24,000 nucleotides of DNA, taken from assembly GCA_003640645.1 (NCBI GenBank), contig QGHH01000002.1, forward strand, positions 88,180 through 112,179. The letters are read 5' to 3'. The DNA comes from Fredinandcohnia aciditolerans (lineage in GTDB: Bacteria; Bacillota; Bacilli; Bacillales; Bacillaceae_L). Made by a program: the position numbers and the translations under genes. This document shows positions 23,584 through 24,000 of the stretch, one piece after another. Numbering within the stretch: position 1 is the stretch's first letter; the number at the start of each line of letters is the position of its first letter. The notes under the pieces were generated by a model. That model was not told where the DNA came from. It did not search any database and worked only from the letters and a program-made list of their open reading frames with translations.

Positions 23584-24000
23584 ATGAGTTATCGTATCGG
23601 TGTAGATACAGGTGGAACTTTTACAGATGTTGCACTTGTACATGAGGAATCTGGAAAAATCTACGTAACAAAGGTACCGTCAACACCCCATAACCCATCT
23701 TTAGCGGTGATTGATGGAACGAAGCAAATCATTAAAGAAAACAACCTAAGCTTTGAGGATGTTGGCTTTTTCATTCACGGTTCAACGGTTGCGACCAATA
23801 CACTTCTTGAGCAAAAGGGAGCCAATACGGCCCTTTTAACAACAAAGGGATTCAAAGACGTGTTACAAATCGGAAGACAGACAAGACCAAAACTATATGA
23901 TTTCAGAGCTCGTAAAAACAATCCACTAGTTCCGCGAAATTTACGTTTGGAGCTTGATGAAAGAATCTCCTTTCAAGGGGATGTGTTAAAGGAAGTTAAC
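23584..24000 (+). CDS. Hydantoinase/oxoprolinase-family protein (HyuA-type N-terminus), 3' end outside the window
   Basis: This ORF is not in the track because it runs off the window. AAGGAGGAG RBS, then ATG 23584, giving MSYRIGVDTGGTFTDVALV...IHGSTVATNTLLEQKGANTALLTTKGFKDVLQIGRQ..., the canonical Hydant_A_N signature. The frame is open through base 24000. Confidence 0.85.
   Translation, partial: MSYRIGVDTGGTFTDVALVHEESGKIYVTKVPSTPHNPSLAVIDGTKQIIKENNLSFEDVGFFIHGSTVATNTLLEQKGANTALLTTKGFKDVLQIGRQTRPKLYDFRARKNNPLVPRNLRLELDERISFQGDVLKEVN

Noticed and set aside
1-24000. CRISPR arrays, tRNA/rRNA genes, intact IS elements or integrases, and canonical defence-system genes
   Set aside because: I scanned both strands by eye. 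There are no regularly spaced direct repeats with unique spacers and no cloverleaf-like or rRNA-like segments. I also found no transposase or recombinase ORFs, and no nuclease, helicase or methylase genes.

Overview
The window looks like a low-GC Firmicute (Bacillaceae-like) chromosomal accessory-metabolism region. The taxon is inferred from strong GGAGG ribosome-binding sites, a lipobox lipoprotein and a sigma-54/bEBP module. I saw no rRNA, tRNA, CRISPR array or intact IS element.

Five blocks are supported:
1. 2-8502 (+): a tightly packed nine-gene unit. It encodes a partial amidohydrolase, a Dpp/Opp-type binding protein, two permeases with no ATPase genes, a divergent threonine-synthase-like PLP enzyme with an N-terminal Cys4 ribbon, an M20 metallopeptidase, a class-C beta-lactamase-fold serine hydrolase, a RidA-family deaminase and a YheO-type regulator. 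This is my best candidate for an undescribed pathway, possibly import and breakdown of an unusual or D-amino-acid-containing peptide through an enamine/imine intermediate.
2. 8609-9685 (-): a small membrane-anchored gene broken by an in-frame amber codon, and an SRPBCC/CoxG-like gene.
3. 10163-15786 (+): a seven-gene PTS cluster with the same gene content as the cryptic E. coli sgc operon (DeoR regulator, EIIA, M42 peptidase-like, EIIB, EIIC-Gat, BtpA/SgcQ-like, Rpe/SgcE-like).
4. 15948-19582: an ABC-2 exporter pair (-) divergent from a secreted M14 zinc carboxypeptidase (+).
5. 19583-24000: a decayed gene remnant with tandem terminators, followed by a sigma-54 enhancer-binding activator (-). 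That activator is divergent from a textbook -24/-12 promoter with three TTCTC-N5-GAGAA upstream sites, which drives an ornithine-cyclodeaminase-family gene and a partial hydantoinase/oxoprolinase gene.

A roughly 30-nt GC-rich quasi-palindromic intergenic repeat (consensus about CTGGGTCACAGGGACAKGTCCCTTGTCCCAC), often joined to a CGAARTTTGTCGRAG motif, occurs at least six times. One copy lies inside the sgc-like operon.

All functional calls come from motif recognition by eye. No database search was run.
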